From the NCBI GenBank assembly GCA_965249485.1, contig OZ252239.1, positions 3,104,001-3,168,000 on the forward strand: a stretch of DNA of 64,000 nt. The letters run 5' to 3'. The first letter of the stretch is position 1. Every line of letters begins with the position of its first letter. Shown piece by piece: positions 54,710 to 64,000 of the stretch. This DNA comes from a bacterium. GTDB taxonomy: Bacteria > SM23-31. The position numbers and the translations under genes are program-made. The notes under the pieces were generated by a model, which saw only the letters and a list, made by a program, of their open reading frames with translations, did no database searches and was not told the origin of the DNA.

Positions 54710-55489
54710 TTAATCAGATTTCTCCCGAGACTCACTTTCATCATCAGCCGGCGCTGCATCACCACCATCCGCCTCTTGCTCTTCACCACTTTTTACTTCT
54801 TCAACAGTTTCCGGCTCAGCAGAATTCGCAGCTTCATCAACAGTGCTGTTCTCTTCACTTTCGCTACCATTCGCAGTAACCACGTCTGCAACACCACTTT
54901 GCTCTTTAGCGGATTCCTTCGATCCAGATTCGGGCGTATTCACCTCAATCTGAGACACCTGGCTTCCACTCTCTTTCTCAATTTTATTCTTGACCGCAGC
55001 GAGTACTCCTACAAGATTCCGTATCAAGCCGGACAACACACCGACTAATCCGGTAATCGGAGAATTGAGAGTGCCAAGCATCTTTGTCAAAAGCTCATCA
55101 CGTGAGGGTAACACTACAATCTTGGCAACATCATCCTTATCAATAATCACACCCTCAACAACACCAGCTTTTATGGAAAGAAGGTCTGTTTCCTTGTGGA
55201 ACTTATCGATAATTTTCGCGGGGACTACCGAATCCTCAAAACTATATGCAAGAGCAGTTGGACCGTTAAGATGCTGCAACAATTCACCAAATGAACCACC
55301 CTCTAACGACCTCTGCGCAAGAGTGTTTTTAACAACGCGGTATTCAACATTATTTTCCCTGAATTTCTTCCTGAGATCATTTACAATCTCAACATTAATA
55401 CCGGTAAAATCGGCAAGATAAACACCCTTAGCCTCAGCAAAAACTTTGTGAAGCTCTTCAACAACTTTTTCTTTATCTTTTTTCAGCAT
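54710..55489 (-). CDS. rplJ: 50S ribosomal protein L10 with ~85-aa acidic C-terminal tail
   Basis: VVKNTL, GPTA, LPSRDELL; lies between rplA and rplL. Confidence 0.97.
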   Translation of the reverse strand: MLKKDKEKVVEELHKVFAEAKGVYLADFTGINVEIVNDLRKKFRENNVEYRVVKNTLAQRSLEGGSFGELLQHLNGPTALAYSFEDSVVPAKIIDKFHKETDLLSIKAGVVEGVIIDKDDVAKIVVLPSRDELLTKMLGTLNSPITGLVGVLSGLIRNLVGVLAAVKNKIEKESGSQVSQIEVNTPESGSKESAKEQSGVADVVTANGSESEENSTVDEAANSAEPETVEEVKSGEEQEADGGDAAPADDESESREKSD

Positions 55490-55505
55490 TGATAGTACCA
55501 GAAAT

Positions 55506-56204
55506 TTATAAATCTTGAATTATTGATTGATGATCAAGCTTAACCGCAGGACCCATCGTTGAAGATATAGTAACCTTCTTAACATAATGACCCTTGACTG
55601 CCACCGGCTTAAGTTTCTGGACAGCATGCAAAAAGGATATTATGTTTTCTTTTATTTTATCATTTCCGAATGAGATTTTACCAAGCCCAGCATGAAGGAT
55701 ACCGGCTTTATCAACCCGAAAATCTATCTTACCTTTCTTGATTTCTTGCACTGCCTGCCCCACTTCTATAGTAACTGTACCACTCTTCGGAGTCGGCATC
55801 AAACCACGGGGACCAAGAATCTTTCCTAGCTTCCCAACCACAGACATAACATCCGGTGTAGCCACAACCACATCTACATCCGCCCATCCGTCTTCGATTT
55901 TTTTTACATAATCATCAAGTCCCACATGATCCGCCCCAGCATCCTGTGCTTCTTTTTCTTTACTCCCCTGAGTCAGAACAAGAACACGCTTTGTCTTACC
56001 TGTACCAAACGGCAGACTCACTATACCACGGATATTTTGATCAGCATGCCGTGGATCAACGCCAAGATTCATGCAAATTTCTATCGACTCATCGAACTTT
56101 GCCGTTGCCGAATCTTTCAACTTACCAACACCATCTTCTAATGAATACACAGCATTAGGGTCAATCTTGCCATGAGCTTCTTTAAAACGTTTTGATTTTT
56201 TCAT
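55506..56204 (-). CDS. rplA: 50S ribosomal protein L1
   Basis: KFDES, LGVDP, LGPRGLMP, SSTMGP. Confidence 0.98.
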   Translation of the reverse strand: MKKSKRFKEAHGKIDPNAVYSLEDGVGKLKDSATAKFDESIEICMNLGVDPRHADQNIRGIVSLPFGTGKTKRVLVLTQGSKEKEAQDAGADHVGLDDYVKKIEDGWADVDVVVATPDVMSVVGKLGKILGPRGLMPTPKSGTVTIEVGQAVQEIKKGKIDFRVDKAGILHAGLGKISFGNDKIKENIISFLHAVQKLKPVAVKGHYVKKVTISSTMGPAVKLDHQSIIQDL

Positions 56205-56222
56205 CGCTATCTTAGATTCAAG

Positions 56223-56645
56223 TTATTGAACATCGACACCCATACTGCGGGCAGTACCCTCAATAATTTTCATGGCGCCTTCTATATCATTTGCATTTAA
56301 ATCGACGAGTTTTGCTTTTGCAATTTCTTCCAATTGCACCCGTGAAATCTCCCCAACCTTATCCCTGTTCGGATCACTTGATCCCTTTTCGAGTTTCAAT
56401 GCTTTCTTTATCAACTCGGACGCAGGCGGAGTTTTTGTTATAAATGTAAAACTACGATCAGCATATACTGTGATTACGACAGGAATTATATATCCGGCCT
56501 TGTCCTGAGTTTTTGAATTGAACGCTTTACAAAATTCCATTATATTGACACCCCTCTGGCCAAGTGCCGGACCAACTGGAGGTGATGGATTTGCCTGTCC
56601 TGCAGAAATTTGAAGCTTGATTATACCATCAATTTTTTTCGACAT
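56223..56645 (-). CDS. rplK: 50S ribosomal protein L11
   Basis: [25 protein letters not shown]. Confidence 0.98.
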   Translation of the reverse strand: MSKKIDGIIKLQISAGQANPSPPVGPALGQRGVNIMEFCKAFNSKTQDKAGYIIPVVITVYADRSFTFITKTPPASELIKKALKLEKGSSDPNRDKVGEISRVQLEEIAKAKLVDLNANDIEGAMKIIEGTARSMGVDVQ

Positions 56646-56647
56646 AC

Positions 56648-57190
56648 TTATTTTTCCTGTTCTACCTGGAGAAAATCCAATTCAACCGGAGTCGGCCTCC
56701 CAAATATCGAAACCATAACTTTCACTTTATTTTTTTCCGGATTAATATCTTCTATAAAACCGGAGAAATCATTAAATGGACCATCGACAACCTTAACAGA
56801 GTCACCAACATTGAATGGGATAGAAACAGCATCAACTTCTTCTTTTTCCACAGTTCTGCCGAGGATGCGTTCAATTTCATCTGGATGAATGACCTGAGGC
56901 GCATTTTGCGATCCAAGAAAATTAATCACACCGGGCGTATTCAATACGAGGTGCTGTGTATCTTTGTCGAGAGACATTTCTGCAAGAACATATCCGGGGA
57001 AAAAGTTTTTCGTCTTTACAACCTTTTTCCCATCTTTCATTTCAATTATATTCTCCTGAGGGACCAGAATCTGTAAAACACGATCTTCCAGCTTCGACCG
57101 CACCACTTCATTCATTATATACAACTGCACCTTTTGCTCCTGACCGGAATATACATGCAGAGCATACCATTTTGTTTCGGGTTTATCCAT
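56648..57190 (-). CDS. nusG: Transcription factor NusG
   Basis: [28 protein letters not shown]. Confidence 0.98.
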   Translation of the reverse strand: MDKPETKWYALHVYSGQEQKVQLYIMNEVVRSKLEDRVLQILVPQENIIEMKDGKKVVKTKNFFPGYVLAEMSLDKDTQHLVLNTPGVINFLGSQNAPQVIHPDEIERILGRTVEKEEVDAVSIPFNVGDSVKVVDGPFNDFSGFIEDINPEKNKVKVMVSIFGRPTPVELDFLQVEQEK

Positions 57191-57194
57191 CAGT

Positions 57195-57380
57195 CTATTG
57201 CAATATATATCGCATTATAGTTGTTAAACCTCGGTCAACTACAAATATAAAAAGGGCAAATATCAAGGAAACGACAATGACAACAACGGTCGATCCCCTC
57301 AACTCAGGAAATGTCGGCCAGCTTACTTTTTGCATTTCCTGCCAGACGTCATCAAAAAAAGATTTAATATTTTTCAGCAT
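57195..57380 (-). CDS. secE: Preprotein translocase SecE
   Basis: EMQKVSWPT plus one TM helix. Start MLKNIK at 57380 (the longer ORF runs into the tRNA). Confidence 0.95.
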   Translation of the reverse strand: MLKNIKSFFDDVWQEMQKVSWPTFPELRGSTVVVIVVSLIFALFIFVVDRGLTTIMRYILQ

Positions 57381-57410
57381 ATCAGTATCATACAAGTCGA
57401 AGAACAGTAG

Positions 57411-57484
57411 CAGGCCTGGAGGGATTCGAACCCCCAACACCCGGATTTGGAGTCCGGTGCTCTACCAATTGGAGCTACAGACCT
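57411..57484 (-). tRNA. tRNA-Trp (CCA)
   Basis: Cloverleaf AGGTCTG/CAGGCCT, anticodon arm CCGGA-CTCCAAA-TCCGG, GGTTCGAAT. Canonical position before secE. Confidence 0.96.
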
Positions 57485-57501
57485 GGCTAATAGATTTTAT
57501 C

Positions 57502-57666
57502 TTATCGAGTTTCTTTATGAACAGTATGCGAATGGCAGTTTCTGCAGTACTTTTTATATTCAACTCTGTCGGGATGAAGACGTTTGTTTTTGGTCATCGA
57601 ATAGTTTCGATGACTACAAATCGTACATTCTAACGTAATTATATCCCTTTTTTTCTTATCAGCCAC
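57502..57666 (-). CDS. rpmG: 50S ribosomal protein L33 (Zn-binding type)
   Basis: Hand translation [57 protein letters not shown] start. Confidence 0.96.
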   Translation of the reverse strand: MADKKKRDIITLECTICSHRNYSMTKNKRLHPDRVEYKKYCRNCHSHTVHKETR

Positions 57667-57759
57667 AGGTCACGCTCACCAACTATATGCCTACACCGAC
57701 ACTTTAATTAAACAGCCTATCTAATTTCTTTTTTGGACTGCCAAAACGGCAAATGTTTA

Positions 57760-58962
57760 CTATTCAATAACTTCGGTAACGACACCGGCGCCAACTGTTC
57801 TTCCGCCTTCACGGATTGCAAACCGGAGCTCTTTTTCCATCGCGATCGGTGTAATTAACTCAATCTCCATTTTCACATCATCACCCGGCATAACCATCTC
57901 TACACTTTCAGGAAGCTCTGCAACACCTGTCACATCTGTCGTCCGAAAATAAAACTGAGGACGATACCCCTTGAAAAACGGTGTATGGCGCCCTCCTTCT
58001 TCTTTTGTCAATATATATACCTGACCCTTAAATTTCGTATGAGGAGTGATACTTCCCGGCTTCGATGCAACCATGCCGCGTTCCAACGACTCCTTTTCTA
58101 CACCTCGAAGAAGTAAACCTATATTATCGCCCGCTTCACCACGGTCTAAAAGCTTACGGAACATCTCAACTCCGGTTACTACCGTCTTACGCTTCGCACC
58201 AAGACCGACTATTTCGATCTCATCACCAACATTCACTACTCCACGCTCTACACGGCCTGTACCAACTGTTCCACGGCCAGTTATACTAAAAACATCCTCT
58301 ACCGGCATTAAAAATGGCTTGTCGATATCACGCTTAGGCATCGGAATATACTCATCAACAGCTTTCATCAATTCAAATATACTCGCACATTTATCACTGT
58401 CAAAATTGCCTTCTATTGCTGCATTCATCGCCCCCAATGCGCTGCCCTGAATAATCGGTATGTCATCTCCGGGAAAATCGTACTGACTCAATAACTCACG
58501 AAGCTCAAGCTCTACCAGTTCCAACAACTCAGGATCATCTACCTGATCAACCTTGTTCAAATATACAACAATAAATGGAACTCCCACTTGACGGGACAAT
58601 AAAATGTGCTCGCGTGTCTGAGGCATCGGACCATCAGCTGCAGATACCACAAGTATCGCTCCGTCCATCTGAGCCGCCCCTGTAATCATGTTCTTTACAT
58701 AATCAGCATGACCAGGACAGTCAACGTGTGCATAATGACGATTCTCCGTCTCATACTCAACATGAGCTGTCGCTATCGTTATGCCACGCTCACGCTCCTC
58801 AGGTGCATTGTCTATCGAATCAAACGTACGTACCTCTGCCAAACCCTTTTGCCCAAGTAACATCGTTATCGCCGCTGTCAATGTTGTCTTGCCATGATCA
58901 ACATGACCTATAGTACCTATATTGATATGGGGCTTCGTTCGCTCAAACTTCTTCTTCGACAT
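57760..58962 (-). CDS. tuf: Elongation factor Tu (tRNA-operon copy)
   Basis: Protein identical to 41696-42898. Confidence 0.99.
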   Translation of the reverse strand: MSKKKFERTKPHINIGTIGHVDHGKTTLTAAITMLLGQKGLAEVRTFDSIDNAPEERERGITIATAHVEYETENRHYAHVDCPGHADYVKNMITGAAQMDGAILVVSAADGPMPQTREHILLSRQVGVPFIVVYLNKVDQVDDPELLELVELELRELLSQYDFPGDDIPIIQGSALGAMNAAIEGNFDSDKCASIFELMKAVDEYIPMPKRDIDKPFLMPVEDVFSITGRGTVGTGRVERGVVNVGDEIEIVGLGAKRKTVVTGVEMFRKLLDRGEAGDNIGLLLRGVEKESLERGMVASKPGSITPHTKFKGQVYILTKEEGGRHTPFFKGYRPQFYFRTTDVTGVAELPESVEMVMPGDDVKMEIELITPIAMEKELRFAIREGGRTVGAGVVTEVIE

Positions 58963-59017
58963 AGCGCTTACTCCCTCTTTGAGAGAGTCCTTTCTTAAAT
59001 CCTGATCAGAATTTCCG

Positions 59018-59090
59018 AGCCTACGACCGGGATTGAACCGGTGACCTCATCCTTACCAAGGATGTGCTCTACCGACTGAGCTACGTAGGC
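59018..59090 (-). tRNA. tRNA-Thr (GGT)
   Basis: GCCTACG/CGTAGGC acceptor stem, CATCC-TTGGTAA-GGATG anticodon arm. Confidence 0.96.
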
Positions 59091-59138
59091 ACTAAGATTG
59101 TTTATGATTTGCCTTCCAATAATTCCCGGAAGATGTAG

Positions 59139-59213
59139 AGCGGGAAACGGGACTCGAACCCGCAACCCTCAGCTTGGAAGGCTGATGCTCTAGCCAAATT
59201 GAGCTATTCCCGC
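59139..59213 (-). tRNA. tRNA-Gly (TCC)
   Basis: GCGGGAA/TTCCCGC acceptor stem, TCAGC-CTTCCAA-GCTGA anticodon arm. Confidence 0.96.
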
Positions 59214-59238
59214 ATAATTCCGGTTATCTGGAATTACG

Positions 59239-59320
59239 TGGAGAGGGGAGGATTCGAACCTCCGAAGGCTTCGCCGACAGATTTACAGTCTGTTCCCGTT
59301 GACCGCTTGGGTACCTCTCC
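59239..59320 (-). tRNA. tRNA-Tyr (GTA)
   Basis: GGAGAGG/CCTCTCC acceptor stem, ACAGA-CTGTAAA-TCTGT, long variable arm. Confidence 0.96.
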
Positions 59321-59405
59321 CAAAAATTTCATCTCTATTTTATAACTGCAGTCCTGTACGGCACAAGCTCACAAATCACTACTTTTCTATTATTATAAAA
59401 AGTAG

Positions 59406-59478
59406 AGCTGGCAGAGGGACTTGAACCCACGACCTGCTGATTACAAATCAGCTGCTCTACCAACTGAGCTATGCCAGC
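59406..59478 (-). tRNA. tRNA-Thr (TGT)
   Basis: GCTGGCA/TGCCAGC acceptor stem, GCTGA-TTTGTAA-TCAGC anticodon arm. Confidence 0.96.
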
Positions 59479-59537
59479 ACAACCTAAAATCAAGGTCCAA
59501 AAATCAAAGAATAAGCAATTTTTATGATAAACACGCA

Positions 59538-59566
59538 AATTTAATATTTTTATTTCAAAGTGTCAA
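59538..59566 (-). promoter_or_regulatory. Sigma70-type promoter of tRNA-tuf operon
   Basis: Minus strand TTGACA-17 nt-TAAATT, about 60 nt upstream of the first tRNA. Confidence 0.75.
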
Positions 59567-59584
59567 TGCTTTTCTCAAACATTT

Positions 59585-61102
59585 TCAATCTTTCTTCCCT
59601 TTCCACCACCATTTCGTTCCGTCTCTCATATCTTCCACAGCTATACCCATCTCAAGCAACATATCTCTGATACGATCAGCCTCTTCCCAATTTCGTTCTG
59701 CACGGCTAATTTTTCGCTGTTCTACCAACTCATTTATCTTATTATTTATATCATCTACATCAGCAATACCAAGGCGTTTCAACACCTCTTCAGTTTCTTT
59801 TTTGGACAAATCTCTCACCATGGGACGTATAATACCAAATATCCCATCATTCAATTCATTGAGTAAATTTACCCCCATTCGCACTAATTTTATGTCTTCA
59901 TCAGAAACATCACTCTGGTGTTCTAAAATATTTGAAATATTATCAACCAACTCAAACATGGCTGCTAATGCCTGAGGCGTGTTGAAATCGTCATTCATAG
60001 CTTTTAATACACTCTGCATGCAATTGTTGACATCTTCACAGTTTTGAATGTCAATTTCTTCATCAGAATCAATCTCTGTTCTAATATTTATGAACTCATC
60101 TGCTTTCTGCATTATCAAGTAAATTCTCTCGACTGCAGATTCTGCATTTTTAAGAAACTGTTCTTCAAACGCAATCTGCTTTCTGTAATGACTTTGGAGA
60201 AAAAACAGACGTATCGCCTCTTTTGAATACTTTTTGGTCAACTCTTGAACAAGTACAACATTGCCTTCAGATTTTGCCATCTTCTTATCTTTCAGATTGA
60301 CAAATTCGTTGTGCATCCAATATTTTGCAAACTCTGCATCTTCACCGCACCGTGCTTGAGCAATCTCGTTTTCATGGTGTGGAAAAATAAGGTCTATGCC
60401 CCCAGCATGAATATCGAAGGTATCACCAAGCTCTTTTAAAGACATTGCAACACATTCAGTGTGCCAACCTGGTCTGCCATCACCCCATGGGCTCGACCAT
60501 TTCGGTTCTCCTGGTTTTGCTGGCTTCCACAATGAAAAATCATGAGAGTCTTTCTTCAACCTTTGAATCCCATCTTCAACACGCTCACCGACTTCCATAT
60601 TGTGCAAATCTTTTCCCGAAAGAGAGCCGTACTGAGCGTCTTTTGCAGCTTCAAAGAAGACATTCCCACCGGTTTCGTATGCAAATCCTTTATCGACAAG
60701 CTTCTGTATAAGCTCAACCATTTCCTCGATATACTCAGATGCTTTCGGATTTGCATCGGAAGGCAATACGCCGAGCGCATCACAATCTTGCTGAAAGTGC
60801 TCTATATACTGTTTTGCTACGTCATCTGTTGTTGTATTAGCCTCATTTGCCCGTGAAATAATCTTATCATCTACATCGGTAATATTCTGAACAAATTTCA
60901 TTGAGTAGCCACGATACTTGAAATATTTCCGGACAACATCAAACACAATAAGCGGGCGGGCATTACCAATGTGGATATAGCTATATACCGTCGGACCGCA
61001 TAGGTATAAGCTCACCTCATTCGGTCTGACCGGCTCGAACTTTTCTTTTTTACGGTTGAAAGAATTATAAAGAAATATGTCTTTGGAAACATTATCAGCC
61101 AT
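59585..61102 (-). CDS. cysS: Cysteine--tRNA ligase
   Basis: CGPTVY, HIGNAR, GRPGWHTEC, FPHHENE, KMAKS. Confidence 0.98.
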   Translation of the reverse strand: MADNVSKDIFLYNSFNRKKEKFEPVRPNEVSLYLCGPTVYSYIHIGNARPLIVFDVVRKYFKYRGYSMKFVQNITDVDDKIISRANEANTTTDDVAKQYIEHFQQDCDALGVLPSDANPKASEYIEEMVELIQKLVDKGFAYETGGNVFFEAAKDAQYGSLSGKDLHNMEVGERVEDGIQRLKKDSHDFSLWKPAKPGEPKWSSPWGDGRPGWHTECVAMSLKELGDTFDIHAGGIDLIFPHHENEIAQARCGEDAEFAKYWMHNEFVNLKDKKMAKSEGNVVLVQELTKKYSKEAIRLFFLQSHYRKQIAFEEQFLKNAESAVERIYLIMQKADEFINIRTEIDSDEEIDIQNCEDVNNCMQSVLKAMNDDFNTPQALAAMFELVDNISNILEHQSDVSDEDIKLVRMGVNLLNELNDGIFGIIRPMVRDLSKKETEEVLKRLGIADVDDINNKINELVEQRKISRAERNWEEADRIRDMLLEMGIAVEDMRDGTKWWWKGKKD

Positions 61103-61159
61103 AATACAATAAGAAATCTATTTTGGATTACTATGAATTCTGTTAGTTTTATAAAAAAT

Positions 61160-62605
61160 TTATTGAACAACCGCGGATATCAGCCGTGTGCACTGCTCAA
61201 GACCGAGAATTTCGAGAACTTTCAGGAGTTCAGGTCCATGAACTTTTCCGGTGAGCGCAATCCGGACAGGCATCCAGAGATCTTTTCCTTTTATACCTGT
61301 CTCTTGCTGAATCGACTTCATGACGCTCTGAAAGCTATCAACTGTTAACTCTTCAAGCTTCTGCAATGACTCCAAAAGTTCAGCATACACCTGTTGTGAG
61401 GATTCTCTTTGAATAAGCTCAATTTCTTCTTCTCCATTAATTGTGATGTCATCCTTAAAAAATAGTGATGCATAAGAAGGATATTCCTTCAAAGTTTCTA
61501 CATTGTCTTTGACAGCTTCGATAATTTTAGAACGCCTTTTTGCATCGGATTCAACCATACCAGCTTCTTCAAGATATGGCGTCGCCTGCTCAAGCCGTTC
61601 TTCGGGGGTTAAAGATCTGATATACATTCCATTGAGCCAATTCAATTTTACTTGATCAAACGATGCCGGCGAACGGGACATCCGCTCAAAACTGAATTCG
61701 CTCACCAGCCTGTCGAGCGAAAGAATTTCATCTCCTGTTTCGGATGACCAGCTCAAAAGACTCAGAAAATTGATTAATGTCTGCGGGAGATAACCCTCGC
61801 TTTTAAACTCTTCAACCGATGTGTGGCCATGTCGCTTTGAAAGTCTGACTCCATCCATTCCCGTGATCATCGGAATATGTGCGAATTTCGGCAACTCATA
61901 ACCGAATGCATTATAGAGCATAATCTGTTTCGGGGTATTCGAGACATGATCATTGCCGCGGATAATGTGTGTCATTTTCATTGCATGATCGTCGACAACC
62001 GCAGCAAAATTGTAGGGTGAGGTACCATCATCACGCTGAATCACAAAATCGGTAATTGTTGCCATATCAAACGTAATGTCGCCTTGCACAAGATCGTTCA
62101 AAACGAGAGAACCTTCAGGAACACGAAACCGTACTACAGGACGCCTTCCTTCGTCTCGTAACCTGTTCTTTTCGCTATCTGTTAAATTTCTACATGTGCC
62201 ACTATAGCCGGTATAACCGGGTGGACGCTTATCCGCAAGAGCCTGCCGTCGTTGTGTTTCAAGTTCCTCCATTGAGCAGTAGCAGTGATACGCATTCCCC
62301 TGCTCAAGCAGAATATTCACATGATTTGTGTACAGTGCAAGACGTTCGGACTGCCTATATGGTCCGTAGTCACCGCCCTTTACAGTACCTTCGTCTTCTT
62401 CAAGACCGAGCCATTTTAATTGTTCATGAATCCCTATTTCCGAGTCATGTATCGAACGCTCGACATCGGTATCCTCAATTCTTACTACATAGGTACCGCC
62501 AAAATGTCTCGCACAAAGCCAATTCAATATGGCAGTCCGGGCATTTCCTACATGGAGGCGTCCAGTAGGACTCGGCGCAAATCGAACACGAACAGTATCA
62601 CTCAC
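61160..62605 (-). CDS. gltX: Glutamate--tRNA ligase
   Basis: RFAPSPTG.LHVG, RIEDTD, YRQSER, HIIRG.DH, LSKRHG. Confidence 0.98.
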   Translation of the reverse strand: MSDTVRVRFAPSPTGRLHVGNARTAILNWLCARHFGGTYVVRIEDTDVERSIHDSEIGIHEQLKWLGLEEDEGTVKGGDYGPYRQSERLALYTNHVNILLEQGNAYHCYCSMEELETQRRQALADKRPPGYTGYSGTCRNLTDSEKNRLRDEGRRPVVRFRVPEGSLVLNDLVQGDITFDMATITDFVIQRDDGTSPYNFAAVVDDHAMKMTHIIRGNDHVSNTPKQIMLYNAFGYELPKFAHIPMITGMDGVRLSKRHGHTSVEEFKSEGYLPQTLINFLSLLSWSSETGDEILSLDRLVSEFSFERMSRSPASFDQVKLNWLNGMYIRSLTPEERLEQATPYLEEAGMVESDAKRRSKIIEAVKDNVETLKEYPSYASLFFKDDITINGEEEIELIQRESSQQVYAELLESLQKLEELTVDSFQSVMKSIQQETGIKGKDLWMPVRIALTGKVHGPELLKVLEILGLEQCTRLISAVVQ

Positions 62606-62638
62606 AAAAAATCCCTATCATCGAATCTTGACTCAAAG

Positions 62639-63244
62639 TTACTGGACTCTTCTTTTCCAGATGTATTTCCGAAACACTAAAAACAGCAGAAGAATTCCGA
62701 CTGCTGCAAACACAATAATATTATACTGTTTGATATACTCTATAATTAATTGCCAATTATCCCCAATTGTATATCCTGCATACATCAGAATGAAATTCCA
62801 CAAAGCACAGCTTATGAGAGCAAACACAAGCACTTTTTTCAATCGCAGGACTGCAATACCAGCAAACAGAGAAATCACTGAACGAGCCCCGGAAAGAAAT
62901 CTGTTCATCGCTATGACCGCATAGCCGTACCGTTCAAACCAGGATTCAACACGTTTGAAATCATCCGACGCAAATAGCTTCCATCTCTCTGTTTCCACTA
63001 CGGTCCGCCCAAAGACTCTCCCGAGCCAGTAGAGTGACATAAATCCAGCCAGGCTTCCGATTGTCGTAACAATAAATGCCGGCGTAAAATCTATAACCCC
63101 GGTACCCACCAGATAAGCTCCGAATACAACAATTGTGTCACCGGGTATCGGTGGTATAATGTTTTCAGCATAAGCGCTAAGACACAATAGCGCGTAAACC
63201 CAAATTGCATCAACCTGTCTCAGATATTCAAACAACCCCTCCAT
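62639..63244 (-). CDS. DedA family membrane protein
   Basis: ENIIPPIPGD, FERYG, RFLSGAR, AG motif; multiple TM helices. Confidence 0.92.
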   Translation of the reverse strand: MEGLFEYLRQVDAIWVYALLCLSAYAENIIPPIPGDTIVVFGAYLVGTGVIDFTPAFIVTTIGSLAGFMSLYWLGRVFGRTVVETERWKLFASDDFKRVESWFERYGYAVIAMNRFLSGARSVISLFAGIAVLRLKKVLVFALISCALWNFILMYAGYTIGDNWQLIIEYIKQYNIIVFAAVGILLLFLVFRKYIWKRRVQ

Positions 63245-63250
63245 TTTACG

Positions 63251-63742
63251 TCACCTGCTCGTGTTCTCATGCTTTGCAATCAGAACCACGACATCAGCGA
63301 TAACACCCTCACCCGATCCTTCATATCCTAATCCTTCTGATGTTGTGGCTTTGATGGAAATCGCATCAATGTCAAGATGCAAAACCCTTGAAATGTTTTC
63401 CCGCATCAGAGGAATGTATTCAACAATTTTCGGCTTCTGAAGTGTCACAACACAATCGATATTCTGAATATTCCAGTACTGTGCAACAATAATATTGTAC
63501 GCCTCTTTTAAAAGCACCATACTTGAAACATCTTTATACTCCATGTCGGTATCTGGGAAATGGGTCCCGATATCCCCAAGTGCAGCCGCTCCGAGAAGCG
63601 CATCTATGACAGCATGAGTCAAAACATCAGCATCGGAATGACCGATAAGCCCCTTTTCGAAAGGAATCGTGGCTCCTCCCAGTATGAACGGACGCCCTTC
63701 AACGAATTTATGAACATCTTTTCCGAATCCAACGCGGATCAT
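63251..63742 (-). CDS. ispF: 2-C-methyl-D-erythritol 2,4-cyclodiphosphate synthase
   Basis: G.DVH, GHSDADVL.HA, GDIG.HFPD, KATTSE.LG. Confidence 0.98.
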   Translation of the reverse strand: MIRVGFGKDVHKFVEGRPFILGGATIPFEKGLIGHSDADVLTHAVIDALLGAAALGDIGTHFPDTDMEYKDVSSMVLLKEAYNIIVAQYWNIQNIDCVVTLQKPKIVEYIPLMRENISRVLHLDIDAISIKATTSEGLGYEGSGEGVIADVVVLIAKHENTSR

Positions 63743-64000
63743 TTCGGGTATTGCCCTCGTGCTTTAAGAATTTCTTCAACTGCCTTCAAATCATGCCGAT
63801 GAGTTACTTTTATGTTTGTCATATCTCCCTGAACAATACGTACGGTACCGACATAATTACGGTACAGGAATGCGTCATCACTTGCAGACACATTATCCTT
63901 TTGAGCACTCTTATGCGCCTGAATGATTTTATCTACTTTGAAGACCTGCGGCGTCTGAGCCTGCCAGATTGTCGATCTCTCGACATAATCAGACACAACA
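63739..64000 (-). CDS. ispD: 2-C-methyl-D-erythritol 4-phosphate cytidylyltransferase (5' part outside window)
   Basis: R..IWQAQTPQVF, SDDA, NIKVT...DL; ATGA overlap with ispF. Confidence 0.93.
   Translation of the reverse strand, partial: VVSDYVERSTIWQAQTPQVFKVDKIIQAHKSAQKDNVSASDDAFLYRNYVGTVRIVQGDMTNIKVTHRHDLKAVEEILKARGQYPK

Noticed and set aside
1..64000. Alternative genetic code
   Set aside because: All conserved genes translate full-length with code 11, TAA/TAG/TGA all serve as stops, and tRNA-Trp has the normal CCA anticodon.

Overview
A 64 kb piece of AT-rich bacterial chromosome that is almost entirely housekeeping. The RpoB/RpoC/SecY sequence style suggests an FCB-group diderm (KSB1/Calditrichota/Marinimicrobia-like); this is an impression, not a search result. 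About 26-60 kb is a complete, uninterrupted minus-strand translation/transcription superoperon: four tRNAs-tuf-rpmG-tRNA-Trp-secE-nusG-rplKAJL-rpoBC-str-S10-spc-alpha. It is preceded by ispD-ispF-dedA-gltX-cysS. The left 26 kb holds an LPS core/export cluster (msbA-like, 3 GT9, 2 GT4, GT2, methyltransferase), a larC-ecfA1-ecfA2-pilU-coaE run, and a signalling trio (CxCG acidic protein, apparently frameshifted FapA/DUF342, REC-GAF-degenerate GGDEF). It also holds a 1 kb regulatory intergenic region with DnaA boxes, paired NrdR boxes and two promoters ahead of a class II ribonucleotide reductase, then SPOR, Wzi and RmlA-like genes. I found no CRISPR array, rRNA, transposase, phage or defence genes, and no clear-cut new system. 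The best leads are the DnaA/NrdR region, the split fapA module, the orphan and asymmetric ECF ATPase pair coupled to larC, and long disordered extensions on ribosomal proteins L5, L10 and L17.
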